From a bacterium (GTDB lineage Bacteria; Vulcanimicrobiota; Xenobia; Xenobiales; JADMJV01), in contig JASBRJ010000049.1 in NCBI GenBank assembly GCA_030149525.1, forward strand, positions 9,019 to 73,018: a DNA stretch of 64,000 bases. Direction: 5' to 3'. The position numbers were made by a program, and so were the translations under genes. This document shows, piece after piece, positions 19,100 to 27,151 of this stretch. Below the pieces are notes generated by a model that searched no databases, was not told the origin of the DNA, and saw nothing but the letters and a program-made list of their open reading frames with translations. The number at the start of each line of letters is the position of its first letter. Position 1 is the first letter of the stretch.

Positions 19100-21322
19100 A
19101 TGCTTGCCATCGGTACCTTCGGTCCAACTGCTGCCCGCTCACTCGGCGCCGATAGATACACTCCGGCCGCCCCCAAAACAGATTTTCATAGCTCCACTAT
19201 TGAAGACAGAGTCGAAATCACTTCGGCCCGCGCTCAAGAAATCGAGGCCAATCTAGGACCTCGCGAAGAGGGCCAATTGCTGGTGAAAGTGTCTGCCTCT
19301 TTGACCAGTGAACAGCTCAAAGATTTGGCGGCAGACCACGGTGCCACCCTCAAACAAGAGTTGAAGATCCCCGCTGTGATGCAAGAAGCCTTCGGGGGCA
19401 AGCTTGTCGTTCTAGAGACCGGCTCGGGACTCTCCGAAGCTCAAACCATGGCGCTTCTGGAGCAGGATGAGCGAATTCTCAGCAGCGGAACCAACGACCG
19501 ACTGGAACTGATCGACGGACGCCGTGGTCAACATAGGCTGGAAGACGACGGCTCTCAACAGCCCCAACCGCCCTCTGACGATAAACCGAAAGAAAAGCTC
19601 CCCAACGACGTTCATCCCGAACAGTGGAACATCCGCAACCGCAACTTTCCAGGCGGAGTGGATGGAGCCGATATTCAAGCCGGTCAGGCCTGGACCATCA
19701 CTACCGGCAAGAGCGCCAAAGAGGGCGGACCGGTGGTGGCGGTTATCGATAGCGGTATCGATGCTTTCCACGAAGATCTCAAAGACAACATGTGGAACAA
19801 CCCACGAGAGATCAAGAACGGCGAAGACGACGACTGGGACGGGTTCGTCGACGATATCCACGGAATCGACGGACATAACGGCTCCGGCAATATCTACGAT
19901 GAGATCGGCCACGGAACGCATGTGGCGGGGGTCATTGGAGCTGTGAGCAACAACGGCAAGGGGGTCGCGGGGATCAACTGGGACACCCAGCTTCTGGGCG
20001 TCAAGATCACCGACGGTGACCGCCTAAGCTTACTGGCTGCCATCACCGGGATTCTCTACGCCGCAGAACATGGTGCCCGGGTAGCCAATCATAGCTGGGG
20101 TGGTCTCATCGACAATCCTATCCTCAAAGACGTCATGGCTAGCTCCCCCACCCTCCATGTATGCGCCGCCGGTAACCGAGAACAAAACAGTGACACTACT
20201 CCGAGCTATCCCGCCGCTTACGATCTCCCCAACGTGATCTCGGTAGCCGCCTCAACGCGGAAAGACTCTCACGTCTTCTTTAGCAACTGGGGAACCGAGT
20301 CGGTGGACCTTCACGCTCCCGGGGCAATCGTTTACTCAACAACCCCTATCAACACCTACCAGGAGATGAGCGGCACCTCGATGGCAGCACCTCATGTCTC
20401 CGGAGTGGCAGCACTCATCGCAAGCAAGTATCCGGAGGCCTCCAACCAGGAGATCAAAGATCGCATCATCTACAGCGCCGACAAAGTCGAGTCATTTAGA
20501 GACAAGAGCGTCTCGGGCGGCCGTCTCAACGCCTTCCGAGCGCTGGAAGACGACACCACGGCGCCGGCTCCGGTGACCGATCTGAAACTGACCGACCTGA
20601 CCGCCGACGGCTTCCATCTGACCTGGACCGGCGTGGGCGACGACGGCATGGAGGGCGTTCTTTCCCAATACGATGTATGGGCTCACTACGGCGACAAGAA
20701 AACTCGCCTGGTCCCAGAGTTTCCCAAAGGCCCGGGAGCCAAAGAGTCCGCCTCTTTTCGCACCGAACCGATCTCCACAGATAGGCCGTTGAGAGTCACC
20801 TTGCAACCGGTCGACAACGTGGGCAACCGACCCCAGGCCTCGGTTATCGAAACCGTGCTGCCGAAGGCCGCTGTACCGTTCAGCGACGGTTTCGACTCAG
20901 AAACCAGTGACTGGGTCACTGAGGGCGAGTGGGGTCGAGTAGAGGAAAAGGGACGGGGGATGGTCTTCACCGACAGTCCCAACGGCGACTACAAGGATAG
21001 CACCGACACCGGAATTCTCTCCCCGGTGTTCGATTTGAGCAACATGCGAAGCTCCACCCTCACCTTCGACGCCAAACTGAAGGCTGAAAAATGGGACTTC
21101 ATCTGGGTGGAAGCCAGCAATAACGGCGGAGAAGACTTTGAGCATCTTGGGGTTATTCGCCCCAACGACGACCGAGACTGGCAGAAGCACAAGTTCGATC
21201 TGTCGGCCCTGGACGGCAACCCCCAGGTCCAACTGCGTTTACGTTTCCGAACCAGCAACAAAGGAACCGATGACGGAGCCTATATCGACAACGTGAAAGT
21301 GGAAGCCGCCCAACTGAAATAG
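19100..21322 (+). CDS. Subtilisin-like S8 serine peptidase with FN3 and C-terminal beta-sandwich domains
   Basis: Catalytic triad VIDSG, GHGTHVAG, GTSMAAPHVSG; AAGN oxyanion motif; FN3 (APVTDLK...LTWT). No Sec signal evident. Confidence 0.95.
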   Translation: MLAIGTFGPTAARSLGADRYTPAAPKTDFHSSTIEDRVEITSARAQEIEANLGPREEGQLLVKVSASLTSEQLKDLAADHGATLKQELKIPAVMQEAFGGKLVVLETGSGLSEAQTMALLEQDERILSSGTNDRLELIDGRRGQHRLEDDGSQQPQPPSDDKPKEKLPNDVHPEQWNIRNRNFPGGVDGADIQAGQAWTITTGKSAKEGGPVVAVIDSGIDAFHEDLKDNMWNNPREIKNGEDDDWDGFVDDIHGIDGHNGSGNIYDEIGHGTHVAGVIGAVSNNGKGVAGINWDTQLLGVKITDGDRLSLLAAITGILYAAEHGARVANHSWGGLIDNPILKDVMASSPTLHVCAAGNREQNSDTTPSYPAAYDLPNVISVAASTRKDSHVFFSNWGTESVDLHAPGAIVYSTTPINTYQEMSGTSMAAPHVSGVAALIASKYPEASNQEIKDRIIYSADKVESFRDKSVSGGRLNAFRALEDDTTAPAPVTDLKLTDLTADGFHLTWTGVGDDGMEGVLSQYDVWAHYGDKKTRLVPEFPKGPGAKESASFRTEPISTDRPLRVTLQPVDNVGNRPQASVIETVLPKAAVPFSDGFDSETSDWVTEGEWGRVEEKGRGMVFTDSPNGDYKDSTDTGILSPVFDLSNMRSSTLTFDAKLKAEKWDFIWVEASNNGGEDFEHLGVIRPNDDRDWQKHKFDLSALDGNPQVQLRLRFRTSNKGTDDGAYIDNVKVEAAQLK

Positions 21323-21332
21323 AGCCAACCCG

Positions 21333-21513
21333 AGGCCCGGGTTTCGCACTTCTCTCGGAAGATGGCTGATTGAGGTGCTGATATGGGGTTAAAACGTCGG
21401 GCGCGGTGTACCATTGTACATAAGGGAGGCGGTTTGACCCAAGATTAGTGCATTGATCGGCCAGCTTTCGGGACATTGTGCCCTTTACGGGTAGAAGTGC
21501 GGAATCCGGGCCT
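21333..21513. mobile_element. MITE-like non-coding element with 21-bp terminal inverted repeats
   Basis: AGGCCCGGGTTTCGCACTTCT (21333-21353) and AGAAGTGCGGAATCCGGGCCT (21493-21513) are inverted repeats with 19/21 identity. No credible ORF lies inside. Confidence 0.55.
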
Positions 21514-21542
21514 AGGCCCGGCTCCGGAATCGTTGAAAATGG

Positions 21543-21580
21543 AAACTCGCGTCCATCTTGGATGGATGCGAGTTTTTTTT
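21543..21580. terminator. Bidirectional rho-independent terminator
   Basis: 15-bp stem AAACTCGCGTCCATC-TTG-GATGGATGCGAGTTT with T8 on the + strand and TTTCCATTTT on the - strand. Confidence 0.85.
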
Positions 21581-21800
21581 ATGAGGCGTAGCGAGCGGCC
21601 AACTTGACTCTTCTGGCTTTCACCAGCGCTATGGCTGCATCTTTGGCCTTCTCATAGAACTCACCGTTGGAAGATTGCCAACCGATGCGCTTTTCTGAAG
21701 CAGAGAACTCGTGTCTGATTCGGCCGAGAACGGTGCCGTCTTCGTCTCTTATCTCATAAAGTTTGGGGCGGATTGATTTGTATTCGTAATTGTATTTCAT
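21579..21800 (-). CDS. Small hypothetical protein (73 aa, phage/MGE-like)
   Basis: MKYNYEYKSIRPKLYEIRDEDG...; AAGGA RBS before ATG 21800; followed by the terminator. Confidence 0.65.
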   Translation of the reverse strand: MKYNYEYKSIRPKLYEIRDEDGTVLGRIRHEFSASEKRIGWQSSNGEFYEKAKDAAIALVKARRVKLAARYAS

Positions 21801-21825
21801 AATTTTCCTTCCCAAAGATCATAAC

Positions 21826-21878
21826 ACACCATATATATGTTGTAAAAAACTTTTGACACCATAAATATATTGTGTCAA
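21826..21878. promoter_or_regulatory. AT-rich divergent control region with direct and inverted repeats
   Basis: ACACCATATATATGTTGT (21826-21843) and ACACCATAAATATATTGT (21856-21873) match at 16/18 and are 30 bp apart. TTGACAC-N12-GTGTCAA inverted repeat at 21853-21878. Confidence 0.6.
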
Positions 21879-21916
21879 TATGTTCACATTCTTGAAACAC
21901 GGGAAGAGAGGTTCTT

Positions 21917-22318
21917 ATGTCTACCAAAGGGGTCTTTGTGAGTCTGCCTGAGGATGTCATCAAAGACATTGACGATATCTGCGGTGGCCCCAGTCTTCCT
22001 GAGGAGAAGAAGAGAGCCGGAACCGCCGGTGGGCGTGCAGCCTGGGTCAGGGAGTTGATCTACAACGCCTTAGGACGAACTCCACCGGAGGATGTTCATG
22101 AGCTACGAAAGCGACGTTTCCAAGAATTGGTCGAGCAAAAAATAGACTCGGCTGAACAAGACGATTGGCCGGGCACCCTCACTAGACTGAGGAAACTGAA
22201 ACAGGATGGGCTCTCCCTGAGACAGATAGCCAAAGTTGTCTCCCAGGAGGGGCGAAAGACGCGTCGAGGTGGCAAATGGTCGGCTCAAACCGTGCGGCAC
22301 GCCCTTCTAAAGTCGTAA
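21917..22318 (+). CDS. RHH-like DNA-binding domain fused to a serine-recombinase DNA-binding (Recombinase-like) domain
   Basis: VFVSLPEDVIKDID...RAAWVRELI (RHH-like); GLSLRQIAKVVSQEGRKTRRGGKWSAQTV (recombinase HTH motif). No catalytic resolvase domain. Confidence 0.7.
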   Translation: MSTKGVFVSLPEDVIKDIDDICGGPSLPEEKKRAGTAGGRAAWVRELIYNALGRTPPEDVHELRKRRFQELVEQKIDSAEQDDWPGTLTRLRKLKQDGLSLRQIAKVVSQEGRKTRRGGKWSAQTVRHALLKS

Positions 22319-22327
22319 AATGCCGGT

Positions 22328-23611
22328 TCAGCGATTTGCGAAATAACGGATAGTGCGTAGAGCAAGAGTGAGTCCATCCTCTAAGCCATAGCGGGCCGCC
22401 AGCATAACCACATCTTCATCCTGTCCAAACCCGGCGGCGAAAGCGTTGATCTTGGTGGCCAAATAACTGCTACTCAGATCGATCTTTTGCAAAGTCCGAA
22501 CCAGGAGTGGAATTTTCCGAAGGGCTTGCTTCTGCTCATCCTTCTTGGCAGCCTCGAACCAGTTGCAGGGCTTGAGAAAGAGTTCATCACTCACCACCCA
22601 GTCCGGCTGGGAGGCTTTGAAATCTTGCCAGGCCTGATAGCAACGCCTCTCTTGCTCCGGCGTGGTGTAGAAGAGGAGATCGCCTTGAGAGGAATAGACT
22701 TCCCAGAACCTGTGGAGAATCGATTCAAGATCGGTCCCATCCGGCTCGTAAGTGATCTCGACCGCCTCGAACCATTCCGGCAAATCATCCCCTGCGAACT
22801 GACGGTGAACATGACCTATGCGAGTCAGCGTCACTCCCGGCAATCCGCCCAAAAGACTCTCCAGCTTCCAGATAACAGGCGATCTCAGCCCTCGAGTGGC
22901 GGTGAGAGAACCGAAGACAAGTTGTTCGCCCGTCGGGCGCGAGCGATACTCCTCGAGCGGAGAAAACGGCCCGAAAAGTTCGAAGGCATCGCTGCGGGAG
23001 AACGGCTGCACCAATGGCAGAATACTTTTGCCCGTCCGATACGTCACCTGTCCCCGGGTCCAAAAGTTCAGCCCGAAGGAAGCGAACGACCAACCGAGCT
23101 CCGTGAGGTGCTCCAGTTGAGAAGAGGGCTCTTTCGACCAATGCGTTTGTAGCCAGTGACCGATGAGATAGGCCCATACCTCCGTGCGACTCTCACCCTG
23201 ACCGGAAATTTTTCGCAACCGATCTCGAAGCTCGAAAATCCCAGGGCGATTCCGGTCAGGTTTGAGAGTTTGCAAGAAATTCGCCACCTCAGATATCTCC
23301 GTGTGCAGAGCATTCTTGTGAAACGTCTCGATCTCCCAAAAGTCGAGAGCGCTCCAGGTCGAAGCAAACGCCGCTTCCGCTAGAACCGGTAAGAAGAAAT
23401 CGGGCATCTGAGGAGTTCGGGCAAGTTGGGCGTGAAGCAGGCAATCCAGCCAGAGAAGGCGGCTGCGCTCTAGATCTTGGTAGCGAGCGGCCGAACCGGG
23501 CCGCCCGTCGACGATCACAACACCGTTATCCAGGCCGGGAGCCTCTCGGGCTTTCATCTCCGCCAGCATGGCCAAGCTTATTACGGCTCCTAGAGCCTGG
23601 AACACCCACAT
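22328..23611 (-). CDS. Hypothetical protein with a C-terminal degenerate MsrA domain
   Basis: WKLESLLGGLPGVTLTRIG, EAVEITYEP, RFWE, FYTTPEQ, FEAAxxDEQKQALRKIP and ATKINAF align by eye to MsrA. The GCFW motif reads PVIW. Confidence 0.7.
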   Translation of the reverse strand: MWVFQALGAVISLAMLAEMKAREAPGLDNGVVIVDGRPGSAARYQDLERSRLLWLDCLLHAQLARTPQMPDFFLPVLAEAAFASTWSALDFWEIETFHKNALHTEISEVANFLQTLKPDRNRPGIFELRDRLRKISGQGESRTEVWAYLIGHWLQTHWSKEPSSQLEHLTELGWSFASFGLNFWTRGQVTYRTGKSILPLVQPFSRSDAFELFGPFSPLEEYRSRPTGEQLVFGSLTATRGLRSPVIWKLESLLGGLPGVTLTRIGHVHRQFAGDDLPEWFEAVEITYEPDGTDLESILHRFWEVYSSQGDLLFYTTPEQERRCYQAWQDFKASQPDWVVSDELFLKPCNWFEAAKKDEQKQALRKIPLLVRTLQKIDLSSSYLATKINAFAAGFGQDEDVVMLAARYGLEDGLTLALRTIRYFANR

Positions 23612-23666
23612 ACGAAGATTGTACCACTATCAAAGGAAGTGAGGGCGTTGTTGGAAACTTCCAGAG

Positions 23667-24149
23667 ATGCAAATTTACCACAATCCGAGATGCGCTAACA
23701 GGCTGATGCAGAACTCGGACCGAGCCAGGAAATGGGCATTTTTGTCGTGCGGAATCGCAATTTTTGAGGCATATGTGGACATACGGTGAAAAAATTTCGA
23801 TTTCGTACGGCAAATAATGAACTTTTCTGGCGACGGGAGAGTTTTGCATCAGCCTGCTAAATCCCGACAGGCTCTGGCCCAACTCCAGGAGGCCGGCGTG
23901 GAACCCAAGGTCGTCGAGTACCTCAAGACACCTCCGACTCTTTCCCAACTTCAAGACATCCTGGAGGGACTCAACGGTGATTTGAGTCTCATGATTCGCG
24001 AGAAGGACTTGAAGAAAGACGGTTTAGAGCCCAGTCTGGAACTGCTGGCAGAGCAACCCAAATATTTGCAAAGACCGATCCTAATTCGGAATAAGCGGGT
24101 TTCAGTTTGTCGAACTCCGGAGGAAGTGGAAGCTTTCCTGAACTGCTAA
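23667..24149 (+). pseudogene. arsC: ArsC/Spx-family arsenate reductase interrupted by a MITE
   Basis: Removing the 158-bp insert and one CTAA copy restores MQIYHNPRCAKSRQALAQL...YLKTPP...QRPIL (106 aa). As present, the frame stops at TGA 23787-23789. Confidence 0.9.
23699..23856. mobile_element. MITE, 158 bp, 18-bp TIRs, 4-bp TSD CTAA
   Basis: CAGGCTGATGCAGAACTC ... GAGTTTTGCATCAGCCTG (one mismatch), with CTAA at 23695-23698 and 23857-23860. Confidence 0.92.
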
Positions 24150-24802
24150 AGACCGCCTCCAAAGACCTGAGTCACAACAATGATTCGACCTTCTTTTGCG
24201 TATCCAATCCCCACATGGGTGGCCTGCGGGTCCAGGATGTTTTGGCGATGACCGGGAGAATCCATCCATTCCTGCACTGTCAGCTTAGCAGCCCCTGTCG
24301 GATCGTGTCCTGTACACTGGAAAATATTCTCCGAGACCATAAGCGGATCGGCACCGGCCAGGCGGACTCTGTCGCCGGGTTGACTTCGACCCTTAACCGG
24401 TGAGGTATGGGAAAAATAGCCAAGCTTCAGCATCTCCTGTGAATGACCCTCGGCCGCTTGCTGCAGCGATCCGTGAACGGCCACGTCCTCCAAGCCCCTT
24501 CGCCTTCGATTCTCATTGGTAAGCCTCAAGACTTCCGCCTCGAAAATCTGAGCTTCGGTCAGGGTGGGAGAGGGAGCTGTGTCGGCGGGAGTGACCCGAG
24601 AATCGCCCACCTTATAGGTCTGCAGACGCACCTGACTGCTGGGGACAGTGTAGACCTCGTAGTTCCCGTTGGCGTCGGGGCTTGAAGTCACTTTCATCAT
24701 TCCGTTTTCGAAAGTCACCTTGTAGGTAACCTCGGCTAGAGTCGGAGCAGACATTGTGAGCAGACAGAGCAAGGAGAAGAGGCGGATTTTCAGGCAGTTC
24801 AT
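24146..24802 (-). CDS. CAP (SCP-like) domain secreted protein
   Basis: Signal peptide; LTNENRRRRGL, AEGHSQEM, YFSHTS, ENI, WMDSPGHRQNIL, GIG. Confidence 0.9.
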   Translation of the reverse strand: MNCLKIRLFSLLCLLTMSAPTLAEVTYKVTFENGMMKVTSSPDANGNYEVYTVPSSQVRLQTYKVGDSRVTPADTAPSPTLTEAQIFEAEVLRLTNENRRRRGLEDVAVHGSLQQAAEGHSQEMLKLGYFSHTSPVKGRSQPGDRVRLAGADPLMVSENIFQCTGHDPTGAAKLTVQEWMDSPGHRQNILDPQATHVGIGYAKEGRIIVVTQVFGGGL

Positions 24803-24856
24803 GGCAAAGTTATACCTCAATCTTTCAAATTTGTCTCTGAACCGTTGGCACAATCA

Positions 24857-26242
24857 TCAATTCCAATGAAAAACCGACACGGGCAGCACTAGCAGCACAC
24901 ACGAGATCAAGGAGAGAATAACCACCAGGGGCATACAGAACTTGAACCATCGATCATAAGGAATCCCCGCAATCTGAAGCACGCCCATACAGACTCCACT
25001 GGTGGGGATCACCATGTTGGAGATCCCGTCGCCGAACTGGAAGGCCAAAACCGCCACCTGCCGCTCCAGGCCTAGAAGATCGCTCAAAGGCGCCATCAGC
25101 GGCATGGTAAGAGCCGCCTGCCCTGATCCTGAAGGGACAAAGAAGTTGAGAAAACTCTGAAAGAAGAACATGACGATGGCCGACAAGGCGGGGGCCAGTC
25201 CGTCTGCCAATCCCGCCAGATTATTGAGAATGGTGTCGATGATGAAACCCTTTTCCGCAATGACCAGCAAGCCTCGACTGAAGCCGATTATGAGCGCCGC
25301 CACGACCACCTCCGCGGCACCTTCGGAGAACGCCTTAACGGTGTCTTCAGCTGTCAGCTTCCCAAAGATGGCCGACAGAATGCCCATCCCCACAAAAAGA
25401 CCGGCAATCTCTTTGATATACCAATCCCATACCTTCACGCCGTAGACCAGCAACACCAGTGTCAGAGCAAGAGAAACCAGGACAAAGACTCTTGAGGTTG
25501 TCATATCGGCTTGCTCGTTTAACGACTCTCCTCGGTCCCACTTGGTTTCGATACCAAAGGTGACGCTCAACCGAGGGTCTTTCTCCACTTTCAAGGCGTA
25601 ACGACAGATAAAAAAGATTCCGGCAAGAGTATAGACCACCCAACAGAACAGGCGATAGTTGAAACCACTCCCTGGCGCAAGCCCGGCGATACCCTGAGCT
25701 ATTCCCACCGTGAATGGATTGATAAATGCGCCCGCAAAACCTACGGCAGCCCCCACGAACGGTACCGCCACACCCACCACGATGTCATAGCCCAGGGCGA
25801 GAGCCATAGGAATAGTGAGCATCACGAAGACCAGCACTTCCTCGGTCATGCCAAAGGTGGCACCACCGAGAGAAAACAGAATGATGATGACTGGTAAGAT
25901 CAGCAGTTTGTGGCGAGGGCTTGCCACTCCGAAGGCGATGACTTTCTCCAGAAAGGCCTGGATGGCTCCCGTCTTCTGAACAATGCCGAACGCACCGGCC
26001 ACCAGAAAAACGAATCCGATGATATCGGCGGCAGCCTCAAAGCCTGCAATCGGGGCGGTGAGAAAATCCATGATCCCCTGACCGTTCTGTTCCACCTGAT
26101 GATAGGTGCCGGGCACAACGACCATCTTATTCTTGTACTGTTGCCGCTCAAACTCACCAGCCGGAATGATCCAGGTGAGAAGGGTGAACAGGACCATAAA
26201 GACCGTCAAAAGAGTCAGAACGTCGGGGAATTTTCTCTTCAT
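24857..26242 (-). CDS. yfcC: YfcC-family (DcuC/TRAP-like) transporter
   Basis: LTWIIPAGEFER, NPFTVGIAQGIAGL, PSGSGQA, AFQFGDG, IPTSG, GIPYDRW. Confidence 0.9.
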   Translation of the reverse strand: MKRKFPDVLTLLTVFMVLFTLLTWIIPAGEFERQQYKNKMVVVPGTYHQVEQNGQGIMDFLTAPIAGFEAAADIIGFVFLVAGAFGIVQKTGAIQAFLEKVIAFGVASPRHKLLILPVIIILFSLGGATFGMTEEVLVFVMLTIPMALALGYDIVVGVAVPFVGAAVGFAGAFINPFTVGIAQGIAGLAPGSGFNYRLFCWVVYTLAGIFFICRYALKVEKDPRLSVTFGIETKWDRGESLNEQADMTTSRVFVLVSLALTLVLLVYGVKVWDWYIKEIAGLFVGMGILSAIFGKLTAEDTVKAFSEGAAEVVVAALIIGFSRGLLVIAEKGFIIDTILNNLAGLADGLAPALSAIVMFFFQSFLNFFVPSGSGQAALTMPLMAPLSDLLGLERQVAVLAFQFGDGISNMVIPTSGVCMGVLQIAGIPYDRWFKFCMPLVVILSLISCVLLVLPVSVFHWN

Positions 26243-26278
26243 GAGCCACGGAATTAGCCGCGGCCGGGATAAACCCCG

Positions 26279-26383
26279 TTAAGCCGACTCCTCGACTTCC
26301 ACATCCGCCACAGAAATAACGGACCTTGTGGCCACCACTGCAACCAATCCCACGTCCACAAAGACTGTCTGGAAACTTTTCAT
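26279..26383 (-). CDS. Putative 34-aa Val-rich small protein (below the ORF-track cutoff)
   Basis: AGGAGAGAGGTG RBS, then ATG 26383: MKSFQTVFVDVGLVAVVATRSVISVADVEVEESA, TAA at 26279-26281. Confidence 0.4.
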   Translation of the reverse strand: MKSFQTVFVDVGLVAVVATRSVISVADVEVEESA

Positions 26384-26474
26384 AGAGACACCTCTCTCCT
26401 ATCACAGTATCGGTGTCCGTCAAGAGACGATAAAGGAGGGAAAATCCCCCAATCAGATGGGATTTCGCCCATAG

Positions 26475-26499
26475 AAAAAGCGGACCCAAGCGAGCCCGC
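26475..26499 (-). terminator. Rho-independent terminator of the Gly/Cys-rich peptide gene
   Basis: On the - strand, GCGGGCTC-GCTT-GGGTCCGC followed by TTTTT. Confidence 0.7.
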
Positions 26500-26523
26500 C
26501 TCTTGTTCAATATCGTTAGGAGA

Positions 26524-26772
26524 TTAGAATCCCACGGACTTTGCTCGCTGACAACAACGGCCACCACAACCGGAACAACCGCCGCCTGAGCATCCACCGC
26601 TCTGACATTGACCGCCCTGACAGCCGGAACACCCTCCGCCGCCTCCCTGTCCTCCGGAAAGCAAGCGCTTGATCAGTTCGATGATACTGCCGCCACCAGC
26701 GCCGTTCGCTTTGCGTCCGCCAAAAAGTTGCCCGATTCCTCCGGCTGCTCCGTTGAGTAATTGTCCTATCAT
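26524..26772 (-). CDS. 82-aa Gly/Cys-rich peptide (8 Cys)
   Basis: AAGGAG RBS before ATG 26772. Sequence MIGQLLNGAAGG...LLSGGQGGGGGCSGCQGGQCQSGGCSGGGCSGCGGRCCQRAKSVGF, with its own terminator. Confidence 0.75.
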   Translation of the reverse strand: MIGQLLNGAAGGIGQLFGGRKANGAGGGSIIELIKRLLSGGQGGGGGCSGCQGGQCQSGGCSGGGCSGCGGRCCQRAKSVGF

Positions 26773-27073
26773 AGTTGCACACTCCTTTGTGTTTCCACGG
26801 CCCTGCCTGAACCGGCGCGGCCGTTCTTGATTTCGTGTAACTCCATTGTAAGAGGCAACCGCAGTCCAAAGAGGGCCGATTCTGTTGAAAAAATATGAAC
26901 TTCTATTTCCAACCTTGAACCGGATATTGCCAGAACGTAAAGTCCGGTCTTGAAACCTTCTCGATACGACGATTGTCACAAAGTGTCATGCGGCGCTAGT
27001 ACAGATCCCCTAAGCTCACATTGTCCCACAAAAGCTGGAATCGACTCACCGGTCGCTCCGGGTTTTCGGACAA

Positions 27074-27111
27074 CGGTGCGTCGCGCACCGCGCGGTGCGT
27101 CGCGCACCGCG
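27074..27111. repeat. Perfect tandem duplication of a 19-bp hairpin unit
   Basis: CGGTGCGTCGCGCACCGCG occurs twice. Each unit folds as CGGTGCG-TCG-CGCACCG. Confidence 0.9.
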
Positions 27112-27151
27112 CGATTCATCGAAAAACCAAATCAACAACGGAGGCAATAAC

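Noticed and set aside
21360-21545. Structured ncRNA or riboswitch ahead of the strong terminator
   Set aside because: No recognisable RNA family motif. The terminator is explained by the convergent 73-aa gene, and the region is better described as a TIR-bounded element.
22850-22894. Selenocysteine-containing MsrA
   Set aside because: There is no in-frame TGA at the catalytic position; the codons read PVIW.
23817-24149. ORF-track 110-aa protein as the native arsC
   Set aside because: Its ATG and first 13 codons come from the MITE. The true start is ATG 23667.
26154-26597. 147-aa minus-strand ORF with CGRGIGC...CGGCG
   Set aside because: It has no RBS, overlaps the yfcC start, and the RBS in this interval serves the 34-aa frame instead.
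27074-27111. CRISPR-like repeat
   Set aside because: There are only two adjacent units, no spacer and no cas genes.
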